Shown: in pieces, positions 10,011 through 18,696 of the stretch
Numbering within the stretch: the stretch's first letter is position 1
How the letters are laid out: each line of letters opens with the position of its first letter
Assembly: GCA_016839585.1 (NCBI GenBank)
Contig: JAEOTZ010000058.1
Span: 129,948-193,947, forward strand
DNA: 64,000 nt
Reading direction: 5' to 3'
DNA from: Promethearchaeota archaeon
GTDB lineage: Archaea; Asgardarchaeota; Lokiarchaeia; Sigyniarchaeales; SOKP01
The notes under the pieces: generated by a model
Databases searched by the model: none
Told to the model about the DNA's origin: nothing
The model's input: the letters and a program-made list of their open reading frames with translations, nothing else
Made by a program: the position numbers and the translations under genes

Positions 10011-11498
10011 TTATTCCTTTGGTGTTATTTTAAGAGTTCTGTAAAAAATTTTTCCAAAGGCTTCTGTTGATGCCTCAACCAAAATATTTGCATTAATAGG
10101 TTCACCTTCTTCTACTTCTAAAGGATAACCTATATCGACAGTTTCATATGGAAACATTTCCTTAATAGTAGTGATCCATGGTCTTTTTTCAAATACCTCT
10201 TCTACGGTTACAATTCTGATTTTCATGTTTTCTAATACAAACCCGATTGTGTTTGTTAGTGAGATATTCAATATTTTTTCTTCTTCATTTAAAATTTTTG
10301 AAACACTTAAGAATTTCCTTGGACCAAGAGGCTTAGCAACAGCAGGTTTTTCCTCCTCAGGACCCGTTCGAATCTTAGGTTCTTCTTTTTGTTCAGTATC
10401 TTTCACAATGAAGACCTTCCTTTTTTGTATAGTGTATTGAGAAACTTTTTTAAGTTTAGCTAAGAATAATACTGAGTTTAAATTAATAGTATCAAAGGGT
10501 TCTATTTTAAGGTAACCCTTCTCAGCAGCGTCTTGAATAATTTCAGTACCAATCCCTGTTCTAGCAAATACTGTATTTTTATTTGGACCACTTCCGACTG
10601 ATCCTACAGAAATATCAGCATTCTCAGCAGTTAAATCAGTACAAAAATTGCAACTGGATGATTTAAACTTGTCTAATTCTTTAATTGTGTATGACTTAAT
10701 TGGTTCTCCGTCTGCTTCATAATAAACATGAAATTTTCCCTTATTTATATTCATTTTTTGTACTTTTTCTAAGGCAATTCCATCTTTCTCAAAATAAGGA
10801 TATAGAGCTTCTGGAGCAAAGGAATCCATACAAAATAATCCAATCGTTAATATATGCGCCCGCATAAAGTATTTAAGCATTCCTGATGGAGAAATCATCA
10901 TTTTGTTAACAGCATCGATATTACAAGGAGTACCAACAAAAGCAATAGATCTATAATCTGCTCTTATAGCATCCATCAGAGCTTCAACAGTGTGAGAATG
11001 ACTATAAATAGAACCCGATGCTTTTATTGCATCATCCTTGTTTGTAATAATTTGAGCAACTGGGTGCCATGGATTATTCTCATCTTTCATTGTGACAACA
11101 GCGGCATCAATCAAATGTTCATCAAAAAGATAACAAAGAAGCGAAGTGACAGTTCCTCCATCCTGTCCTCCAATTACCTCGGGAATATTTGTATTTGCCA
11201 CATAGCCTGTCTTGAAATCTCCCATTAACTGAATGGGATCTGTGATGGTTCTAGGACATTGGTTATAACATATCCCACAACCTGTGCATTTTCCTATTAG
11301 TTTTGGCTGTGCTGCTAGATGATCCCATTCTAGAACAGGGCAAACAGCTGCACAAGTGCCACATTCAGTGCAGATACCCGTTCTAATTATCTCGCGCGTG
11401 AGCATTCCAAAGCTATCCTTTTTTCCTTCTAATTTCTTTTGAATATAATCGAAGGAATAATCGTATTTGGATTTATCTTCTATTTTTTCTTTACTCAT
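10011..11498 (-). CDS. FrhB/FdhB-family (F420 hydrogenase beta-like) protein with 2x[4Fe-4S] and extra C-terminal domain
   Basis: CTECGTCAAVCP, QDGGTVT, VGTPC, GLFCMD, CNFCTD and ADISVGSVG motifs; ~130-aa C-terminal extension. Confidence 0.9.
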   Translation of the reverse strand: MSKEKIEDKSKYDYSFDYIQKKLEGKKDSFGMLTREIIRTGICTECGTCAAVCPVLEWDHLAAQPKLIGKCTGCGICYNQCPRTITDPIQLMGDFKTGYVANTNIPEVIGGQDGGTVTSLLCYLFDEHLIDAAVVTMKDENNPWHPVAQIITNKDDAIKASGSIYSHSHTVEALMDAIRADYRSIAFVGTPCNIDAVNKMMISPSGMLKYFMRAHILTIGLFCMDSFAPEALYPYFEKDGIALEKVQKMNINKGKFHVYYEADGEPIKSYTIKELDKFKSSSCNFCTDLTAENADISVGSVGSGPNKNTVFARTGIGTEIIQDAAEKGYLKIEPFDTINLNSVLFLAKLKKVSQYTIQKRKVFIVKDTEQKEEPKIRTGPEEEKPAVAKPLGPRKFLSVSKILNEEEKILNISLTNTIGFVLENMKIRIVTVEEVFEKRPWITTIKEMFPYETVDIGYPLEVEEGEPINANILVEASTEAFGKIFYRTLKITPKE

Positions 11499-11677
11499 CT
11501 TCTTATTGCCATCAATAACTCTGAATTATATTATTTGATTAAAACCTTATTTAAAATAAATGGATTAAAAAAAATAAAGATTATTAAACAAATAGAAAAT
11601 TAATTACTCCTCATTACTTATTTCTGATAATTTTTAACCTTTTTTACCATAGATATTTCTCTATCGTTTTAAAAAGC

Positions 11678-13291
11678 TTATGATGAATTTTCTAATTCTT
11701 GGCTTTCTTCAAGTTTTTCTTCAATTTTTTTGATTGCATTTGAGGCATGAATTCTCACTATCCTATGAAAATCATTCACTCGTTTTAATAATGCACTTAA
11801 CGCAGGTTCCTCACCAAAAGTTTCTAAAAATTTTATCAAACTCAATTTGACTTTAAAATTTTCATCTTCTTTATTTTTTAAATATTCTGTTAATATCGCA
11901 ATATCTTTATTAAGCAATCTATTTAATTTATTGTTATCATCTTTCACTTTATACCAATTTTTTTGAAAAATATGATAAATTGCGTCAGTAGCAACCTTCT
12001 TAATTAACCAATATGCATCAATATCATCTAATATTTCTATAAGATGTTCCAATGGTTCAATACTTCCGATTTTTCCGAGAGCGATAATAGTATTTTTCTT
12101 AACATCAAGATTTCTTATCTTTAATAAATTAATCAAAGGTGTAACAAATTCAGCTTTCCCAATTTCTCCTAAAATAATTGGTATATTTTCCTTAATTGCT
12201 ATATTATCAGAGTTTAAATGTGAATACAAATAATCATAAGATGCCTTGCTATTGCTTATATAGATTTTTTTAATGGCTTCTATAATAAACCATTTTAGAT
12301 CTAAATCGGTATATTCAAAACTAATATCCTCGATGTTTAATATATCCAAAAGCTCTGGAACAGCGGCTATATTCCCGATTTCCCCTAATGCTACGATTGA
12401 TGCTATAGTTACTTCACTATAGATATCATCCAAATTTGATGTCAGAAAATCTACAGCTTCATTTAATTTCAACTTCCCAGATAAAAATATCGCATTTTTT
12501 TTAACAATAAAATCATCAATTAATAGTAATTTGATTAAATCATTGTTTACCTCGTTTCCTAAGATTTTAAAAATTGTAATAACGCACTCCATTAATTCTG
12601 AGTCTTCTTGATTTAAAATCAGGGTAACAATATCTAATATTAATGCTTTATTTTGGATTAATTCATCCACAATTTCAGGATATTTTGCTTTCAAATAGCT
12701 TAAATCTTTAAAAGATACATTAATGCTTGATAAATCATGTCCAATTAGCTTTAAAATCTCAATTTTATGTTCTTCTGAATACTTCTTTTTTCTTAAAGAT
12801 GTTACTAGCCGATTTATTAACAGTTCTGGAGTAAGACTTAATAGTTCATCTTTTACAAATTGTTTAATAGAAGTATATCTACTATCTAACTCATTAATGA
12901 ATAGTTGAATTTCAGGTTCTTCAAATTTGATTCTTTTAATAGCTTTTAGGACCGATAATTTAACATTATAATCCACAGGGTCTTGTTCTAATACCCACAT
13001 TAATGGTTTCAAGCCTTTTTCATAATTAATTTTACCTATAGCTTTTGCTGCTTCACGTTTAATTTCAACCCCTTCTTCAGTAATTAAAAGGTTTTCGAAG
13101 ATATCGAAACATGCTTTTTTCAATGATGTTGATTCCATGCAAATTAATCCTAAGTATTTAATTGCTTCTTGTCTTATATTATCGCTCTTATTTGATTCGA
13201 TAATTTCTGACAGCAAGTTTTTAGTATTGTCTAATCCAAATTCTTCACGTTTCTTATATATTTCCAGAGGTTGAATATTGAGTTTTGACAT
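11678..13291 (-). CDS. HEAT/PBS-lyase repeat protein
   Basis: Repeated A..ALGKIG...PL...L units. Confidence 0.85.
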   Translation of the reverse strand: MSKLNIQPLEIYKKREEFGLDNTKNLLSEIIESNKSDNIRQEAIKYLGLICMESTSLKKACFDIFENLLITEEGVEIKREAAKAIGKINYEKGLKPLMWVLEQDPVDYNVKLSVLKAIKRIKFEEPEIQLFINELDSRYTSIKQFVKDELLSLTPELLINRLVTSLRKKKYSEEHKIEILKLIGHDLSSINVSFKDLSYLKAKYPEIVDELIQNKALILDIVTLILNQEDSELMECVITIFKILGNEVNNDLIKLLLIDDFIVKKNAIFLSGKLKLNEAVDFLTSNLDDIYSEVTIASIVALGEIGNIAAVPELLDILNIEDISFEYTDLDLKWFIIEAIKKIYISNSKASYDYLYSHLNSDNIAIKENIPIILGEIGKAEFVTPLINLLKIRNLDVKKNTIIALGKIGSIEPLEHLIEILDDIDAYWLIKKVATDAIYHIFQKNWYKVKDDNNKLNRLLNKDIAILTEYLKNKEDENFKVKLSLIKFLETFGEEPALSALLKRVNDFHRIVRIHASNAIKKIEEKLEESQELENSS

Positions 13292-13443
13292 TAAAAAAGA
13301 CTTTCTATTTTAAAAATTCACTTTATTTAATTATTATCAAGATAAAACATTCCTTTATAAAAATATTTTCCAGTAGCTATTTTTGTGAATAATTATCAAT
13401 AATTATAAGAATAGTAGTTATGTAAATATGATAAATTAACTTG

Positions 13444-13878
13444 CTAATCGCTAACTTGTTTATTCTCTTTTAGTTTTAATATTATTAAAGCATAAATGTC
13501 AGTTATTATTAAAGAACTAGATAAAACAATTAATGTGTTTATGAAAAATAAATGTAACTTAAGAAAAATAGTATATATTCCTATTAAGCCTCCTAAATAG
13601 AAGAAAAGTATGTCCGTAAAAGAATTAATTTTAGTATCTCTTCTATGGTCATATTTAAGCTTTATTTCATAGAGAATAAAATTCTCTATCGTTTCCCAAA
13701 GTATTGCTGCGAGAAAATTCAGCCCAAAATAGGAGGGATTAAAAGAGATTCCAAAAAATAGATAGAACGCGCTATAGTACGCTAAAAAAATTAGATAACC
13801 CAAAGTTATATGAATAAAACTAAAGAAATCAATAGCAGAAATCCCAACATCTTCCTTACATCTAGCTATTATATTCAT
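13444..13878 (-). CDS. Small membrane protein (DUF2585-like D..S..H / WE..EN / NS..D motifs)
   Basis: About 4 TM helices; DFFSFIH, WETIEN, NSFTD. Confidence 0.6.
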   Translation of the reverse strand: MNIIARCKEDVGISAIDFFSFIHITLGYLIFLAYYSAFYLFFGISFNPSYFGLNFLAAILWETIENFILYEIKLKYDHRRDTKINSFTDILFFYLGGLIGIYTIFLKLHLFFINTLIVLSSSLIITDIYALIILKLKENKQVSD

Positions 13879-13934
13879 ATTTAATATTATATGTAATTTT
13901 ATCTATATCTATAAAAAAAAGGTTTGAATATTAT

Positions 13935-14585
13935 TTATGAAGTAGGAAGTGAAGCCCCCGATGGAAGAGAATAACCATGTACCTCCGCCCCTTGGAGTAA
14001 ATACCCAAAACCGATAAGAAGACTACTTAAAAGAAAACCTAGTCCCAAACAATATCCAAAATTATGGAAGAAGTAGTCTCTAAAATTAATATCATGGCTA
14101 CTAGTTGTGATTGCCCCTCCAGCCATAGTAACTATTGTAGTGCATATCAAAGTTAATATACTAATACCTATAGTCCAACCGACTAAAGAGTTATTATATT
14201 GGGTTTTTGAAGAGGGCATGTGTGTGTATATTAAGTAAATTGCTGGAAAGATGAATATGAGCGCTAAAAATAAGTGTAAAAAAATATAAATTATAGTTAC
14301 TAAATCCATCCATGGTATAGGATTATCAATTAAGATAATACCATGAATCCACATTGGTACCATGAAGATTATTCCATTGATAATTAACATGATTCCTTTA
14401 TTTCTGTAAGAAAGTCCAGACATAAGAAGCCCATACCCAATAGGAGGTAAAAAAAGCAGAATGTAAGCCAGAGGGGAAATCATAGCAATATGACCAAGTC
14501 CCATAGATAATAAGAGAGAACCGGTCCCTACTGCTAAAAAAATAGCACCTAATTTAATTTTTAGATCATCTTTCATATCAATCAC
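13935..14585 (-). CDS. Hypothetical multi-pass membrane protein
   Basis: About 6 hydrophobic segments. Confidence 0.65.
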   Translation of the reverse strand: MIDMKDDLKIKLGAIFLAVGTGSLLLSMGLGHIAMISPLAYILLFLPPIGYGLLMSGLSYRNKGIMLIINGIIFMVPMWIHGIILIDNPIPWMDLVTIIYIFLHLFLALIFIFPAIYLIYTHMPSSKTQYNNSLVGWTIGISILTLICTTIVTMAGGAITTSSHDINFRDYFFHNFGYCLGLGFLLSSLLIGFGYLLQGAEVHGYSLPSGASLPTS

Positions 14586-14695
14586 TATTTTTAAAAAGCA
14601 AGTGGATTATTCTAAATATGTGTAAAAAATATATTTAAGATTTATGGATTAAATCGAAGATGTAAGATTTTCATTAATTTTAAAAAAGATAGATA

Positions 14696-15427
14696 ATGAA
14701 AATCATTATGTCAATTCGCCAGTTTATTAATAAGATTAGAGCTAAATTTTACAATAAAGTAACTAATTATAACTTTATTAAGAAAAGTTCTATTATCGTA
14801 ATAGCAGTATATCTTATACTTCTTCTAATTGCCGTTATCATAGCAGTGATATGGGGTCCATATGGATATACTATTTGGACCCGTATGATTTCAGATTTAG
14901 GAGGAAGTAGATATACTCCTGTACCAATCCTATTTGATATCGCATGCATATTTGCTGGAATCATGACTATCCCCTTAACATTCTACATTGAAAATTTATT
15001 TGCGCCATTACCAAAAAGAAAAAATTTACAAGAACAGCACTTTTCACGCATGAGGTTTAGATTAGGGAGTAATGCATTTTTCTTTAGCTTGATGGGAAAC
15101 TTAGGTTATATTTTTGTGGGGATTTTTAGCGAAGATCGGAATCACCCATTATTAGATTTCGCTAGTTATCATGATGTATTCTCCTTTTTCTCATTCACAG
15201 GATTTGCATTAGGAGCCTTCTTTATTGGATGGATTATTGTACTTTATGATACTAAAATATCAAAATTATTTGGAATTTATGGGATAATAGGACCTCCCAT
15301 TATGCTATTTGCCTTCCTTTTTACGATGGAAGCATTATGGGAATGGATTTTATTATTCTCGATTCTTTTGTGGATAATACCACTTGTATTTATGATACTT
15401 CGAAAATCAGAATTAAGACCAAAATAA
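14696..15427 (+). CDS. DUF998-like membrane protein, paralog 1
   Basis: ISDLG, GIFSED, H and WEW motifs; 6 TM. Confidence 0.7.
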   Translation: MKIIMSIRQFINKIRAKFYNKVTNYNFIKKSSIIVIAVYLILLLIAVIIAVIWGPYGYTIWTRMISDLGGSRYTPVPILFDIACIFAGIMTIPLTFYIENLFAPLPKRKNLQEQHFSRMRFRLGSNAFFFSLMGNLGYIFVGIFSEDRNHPLLDFASYHDVFSFFSFTGFALGAFFIGWIIVLYDTKISKLFGIYGIIGPPIMLFAFLFTMEALWEWILLFSILLWIIPLVFMILRKSELRPK

Positions 15428-15521
15428 AAAATACTTTTTTTTCCCCCTGAAAAGTAAAAATCGCTAAAATATAATTATATTTATATTCGCTTAAGTCAAC
15501 TATAATTAATAAAAATAGAAA

Positions 15522-16256
15522 ATGAACACTATTATGACAGTACGCGAATCAATAAATAAAATAAGAGCAAAATTATACAATTTTGCGACAAGCTTTAATG
15601 TTGTGAAACTCAGTGCTATGATCGTTATGGTAGGATATATTTTGTTGCTTATAATAGGAGTTTTCATAGCAGCATTCCTTGATCCAGACGGATATACTAT
15701 TTGGGATAACTGGATTTCTGATCTTGGATCATCCAATCATACCCCAGCTCCATTTTTATATGATATTGCTTGTATCATAGCAGGATCTATGACTATTCCA
15801 CTTACATATTTTATGGAACAATTACTTGCTCCATTACCTAAGAGAAATGAGTTGGGAGAACGATATTACTCTCGATTACGTTTTCGACTGAGTAGTTTTG
15901 CCTTCTTATTTAGTATTATCGGGAATTTCGGCTATATTGGGGTAGGTATCTTTAGTGCAGATCGAGATTACGATTTCTTATCGGTTTTAGGACAAGGACC
16001 CCACGGTATTATGTCATATCTCGCTTTTGGTGGATTTACATTTGCGGCGTTTTTTATGGGCTGGTTAATAGTGTTATATAAAACTAAGATTCCAAAAATT
16101 CTGGGAATCTATGGGATATTTGGGCCATTAATTGTTGCTATTCTGAATCTCATAGATAGCACTCCATTATTAGAATGGATGCTACTCTTCTCAATACTTC
16201 TCTGGATAATCCCTTTATCTTTAACAGTATTCTTGAAATCAGAATTAGCGCCTTAA
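15522..16256 (+). CDS. DUF998-like membrane protein, paralog 2
   Basis: Collinear and highly similar to the upstream ORF; tandem duplication. Confidence 0.7.
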   Translation: MNTIMTVRESINKIRAKLYNFATSFNVVKLSAMIVMVGYILLLIIGVFIAAFLDPDGYTIWDNWISDLGSSNHTPAPFLYDIACIIAGSMTIPLTYFMEQLLAPLPKRNELGERYYSRLRFRLSSFAFLFSIIGNFGYIGVGIFSADRDYDFLSVLGQGPHGIMSYLAFGGFTFAAFFMGWLIVLYKTKIPKILGIYGIFGPLIVAILNLIDSTPLLEWMLLFSILLWIIPLSLTVFLKSELAP

Positions 16257-16378
16257 TAGCATAAATTAGTAAGTTCTCATTTTTTTTATTTTTCTTATGT
16301 CTTTACTCTTAGCATCAATTTAGATATCTATAACTCTAATTTATTAAATATACTCCAACGATTTTTAATTGATGATAA

Positions 16379-16477
16379 AGTACATCAAATTTCTGTCCTT
16401 ATTGTGGAAAACCTTTAGAAAAGGGCGCTAAATTTTGTATTGATTGTGGTCAACTTTTTGTAATTCCATTACTTTAA
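16379..16477 (+). pseudogene. Start-less double zinc-ribbon remnant
   Basis: STSNFCPYCGKPLEKGAKFCIDCGQLFVIPLL*; preceded by in-frame TAA at 16376 with no start codon. Confidence 0.55.
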
Positions 16478-16493
16478 ACTTATATTAATTATA

Positions 16494-16525
16494 ATATTAG
16501 ACTAGATATATCTATGATAGATATA
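16494..16525. promoter_or_regulatory. Putative PadR operator (TATATC-N7-GATATA inverted repeat)
   Basis: TATATCTAT-G-ATAGATATA at 16507-16525 overlaps palindrome TAGATATATCTA at 16503-16514, 25 nt upstream of the PadR gene. Confidence 0.55.
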
Positions 16526-16549
16526 ATATACTCAAAATATTGATTATAA

Positions 16550-17119
16550 ATGAGTCAAGAGAAGATAGATAAGATTGCTGATGCGATAGAACAATCAATG
16601 AAAAAAGGACATATCAGTACTCTAATATTGTTAGCATTAGAAAAAGGTCCCTCTCATGGCTATAATTTAATGCAAGTAATAAGTGATGGAACATATGGAG
16701 TTTGGAATCCGACAGCATCTTCTCTATATCCTCATCTTGCATCATTGACGGAAAAGGGCTTAATTAAATTTACATCTGAAATGGATGGGAAAAGAGAAAG
16801 AAAAGTTTATGAGATTACACCAAAAGGAAGAAGGACATTGAAAAAATTAATTGAAAAGCAGCAAAATATGCGTAAATCTCTTCTTTCAATGATACTATCT
16901 ACAATGGGAATTACAGATGATACTATCCCTAACGAGTTTGAAAACTTATTTGGACCGGATATAATAGATGATCAAAGTTTGATTGATAAAAGTACTGAAG
17001 ATAAACTAGAAATCCTTAAAAAACGAAAAGCAGTATTATCAAGTATAATTGAGAAATTACATAATGTTGTAGGTGAAATTGATTTAAGGATCCAAGATCT
17101 AGAAAGATCCAATCCTTAA
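16550..17119 (+). CDS. PadR-family transcriptional regulator
   Basis: SHGYNL, SLYPHL and RKVYEITPKGR motifs. Confidence 0.9.
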   Translation: MSQEKIDKIADAIEQSMKKGHISTLILLALEKGPSHGYNLMQVISDGTYGVWNPTASSLYPHLASLTEKGLIKFTSEMDGKRERKVYEITPKGRRTLKKLIEKQQNMRKSLLSMILSTMGITDDTIPNEFENLFGPDIIDDQSLIDKSTEDKLEILKKRKAVLSSIIEKLHNVVGEIDLRIQDLERSNP

Positions 17120-17221
17120 ATTACCTATTTCTTTTGAAAATTGTTCCTTCTAAAATGACCCTTTTTAGCTTTAATCCTTGCTTTATGAGTTGGAGCATAA
17201 AATTTATATGTCCAAAAAACA

Positions 17222-17256
17222 TATATTAGATAACGATATATCTAACTTTTATATAT
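17222..17256. promoter_or_regulatory. Second putative PadR operator
   Basis: ATATTAGA-TAAC-GATATATCTA matches ATATTAGA-CTA-GATATATCTA at 16494-16514. Confidence 0.5.
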
Positions 17257-17297
17257 ATAAATAAAATATTATTTAAATTCTGTTGGAGGAGACATAT

Positions 17298-18410
17298 TTG
17301 AAAATTCTATTAACAGGTCCATTTGGAAATGTAGGGTTGAGCACTTTAGAAGAATTAATTACTAAGAATTACAATATACGAGTATTTGAAATTAAAAACA
17401 AGAAAAATAGAAAAGTAGCTAAAAAATTTGAGAATCAAATTGAGATTATTTGGGGAGATCTACGTAATTATGAAGATGTTGAGAAAGCTGTAAAAAGTGT
17501 TGATGTTATTATTCATTTGGCAGCTATTATACCTCCACTTGCGGATAAACTCCCTGAATTATCAGAAGAAGTAAATGTAGAAGGGACAAAAAATATAATA
17601 AAAACTATAAAAAATCAAATTAATAAACCAAAATTAATTTTTACGTCATCAATAGCTGTTTATGGTGACCGCAGGAAAAACCCCATGATCAATCTCACGG
17701 ATCCTCTTAATCCAAGCAAGGGCGATTATTATTCACTTACTAAAATTAAAGCAGAAAAGATTATTCGAGAATCAGGTATTGATTTTTCAATTTTTAGGTT
17801 AACTTACATCACTTCTGTACATAAACTTGAAATGGATCCTTTGATGTTTCATATGCCCTTGGATACTTGTATAGAAATCTGCGATACAAAGGATGTTGGA
17901 TTAGCTCTAGTTAATGCGATCGAATGTAATGAAGTATGGGGTGGTACATTCCATATAGCAGGAGGGGAACAGTGTAGAACTACATATCGAGAATATATTA
18001 ATGATATGATGGAAATTTTTGGCTTAGGTAGGGATTTTTTACCTGAACAGGCATATGAACAAAAAGACTTTCATTGTGGATTTATGGATACAGAAAAGTC
18101 TCAGAATCTTTTAAGATACCAAAAACACACCCTCAAAGATTATTATGATGAAGTAAGAAAGAAAGTTGGGCCAAAGAGAATTTTTATGCCAATGGTTAAA
18201 TGGGCAATTCGTCTAAACCTTTTGAAACGTTCTGAAGCATATAAAAGAAATAAATTCTTTAGAAAAAAGATTGGTGCTTTCACTGTGTCTGAGAATAAAT
18301 TAATAAGAAAGATCCTTTACAATAATTTTAAAAAGATTGATATACTTGAACAAAAAGTTTATGAATTAGAAAAAGTTATACAATTTTTAACTGAAAAAGA
18401 TGAATTTTAG
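17298..18410 (+). CDS. NAD-dependent epimerase/dehydratase (extended SDR)
   Basis: ILLTGPFGNVG, HLAA and YSLTK motifs; GGAGGAG SD precedes TTG at 17298. Confidence 0.9.
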   Translation: MKILLTGPFGNVGLSTLEELITKNYNIRVFEIKNKKNRKVAKKFENQIEIIWGDLRNYEDVEKAVKSVDVIIHLAAIIPPLADKLPELSEEVNVEGTKNIIKTIKNQINKPKLIFTSSIAVYGDRRKNPMINLTDPLNPSKGDYYSLTKIKAEKIIRESGIDFSIFRLTYITSVHKLEMDPLMFHMPLDTCIEICDTKDVGLALVNAIECNEVWGGTFHIAGGEQCRTTYREYINDMMEIFGLGRDFLPEQAYEQKDFHCGFMDTEKSQNLLRYQKHTLKDYYDEVRKKVGPKRIFMPMVKWAIRLNLLKRSEAYKRNKFFRKKIGAFTVSENKLIRKILYNNFKKIDILEQKVYELEKVIQFLTEKDEF

Positions 18411-18696
18411 ACCTATTTGAACAAAAGGAGCAATATTAAAGGTTTTATTTAGACAAATCTTTCAAATGAATCTGTAATTGATTATTTTTTAAAAAATTTT
18501 TTTTATTCCTTTTAATTTTCTAAATTAAAATTTTCTGTATGGTATATTTCAATTAAAAATATTAAACTGGATAATGGATTTCCCTTATCTTGATAAATGA
18601 ATAAATTTAAAAATTTAAATACCATAAAGATTGTAATAGTTAAAAATAGAAATTATTGAGTTTGAAAGAGTAATTGAGGTGAAAGGGGAAAGGAGA

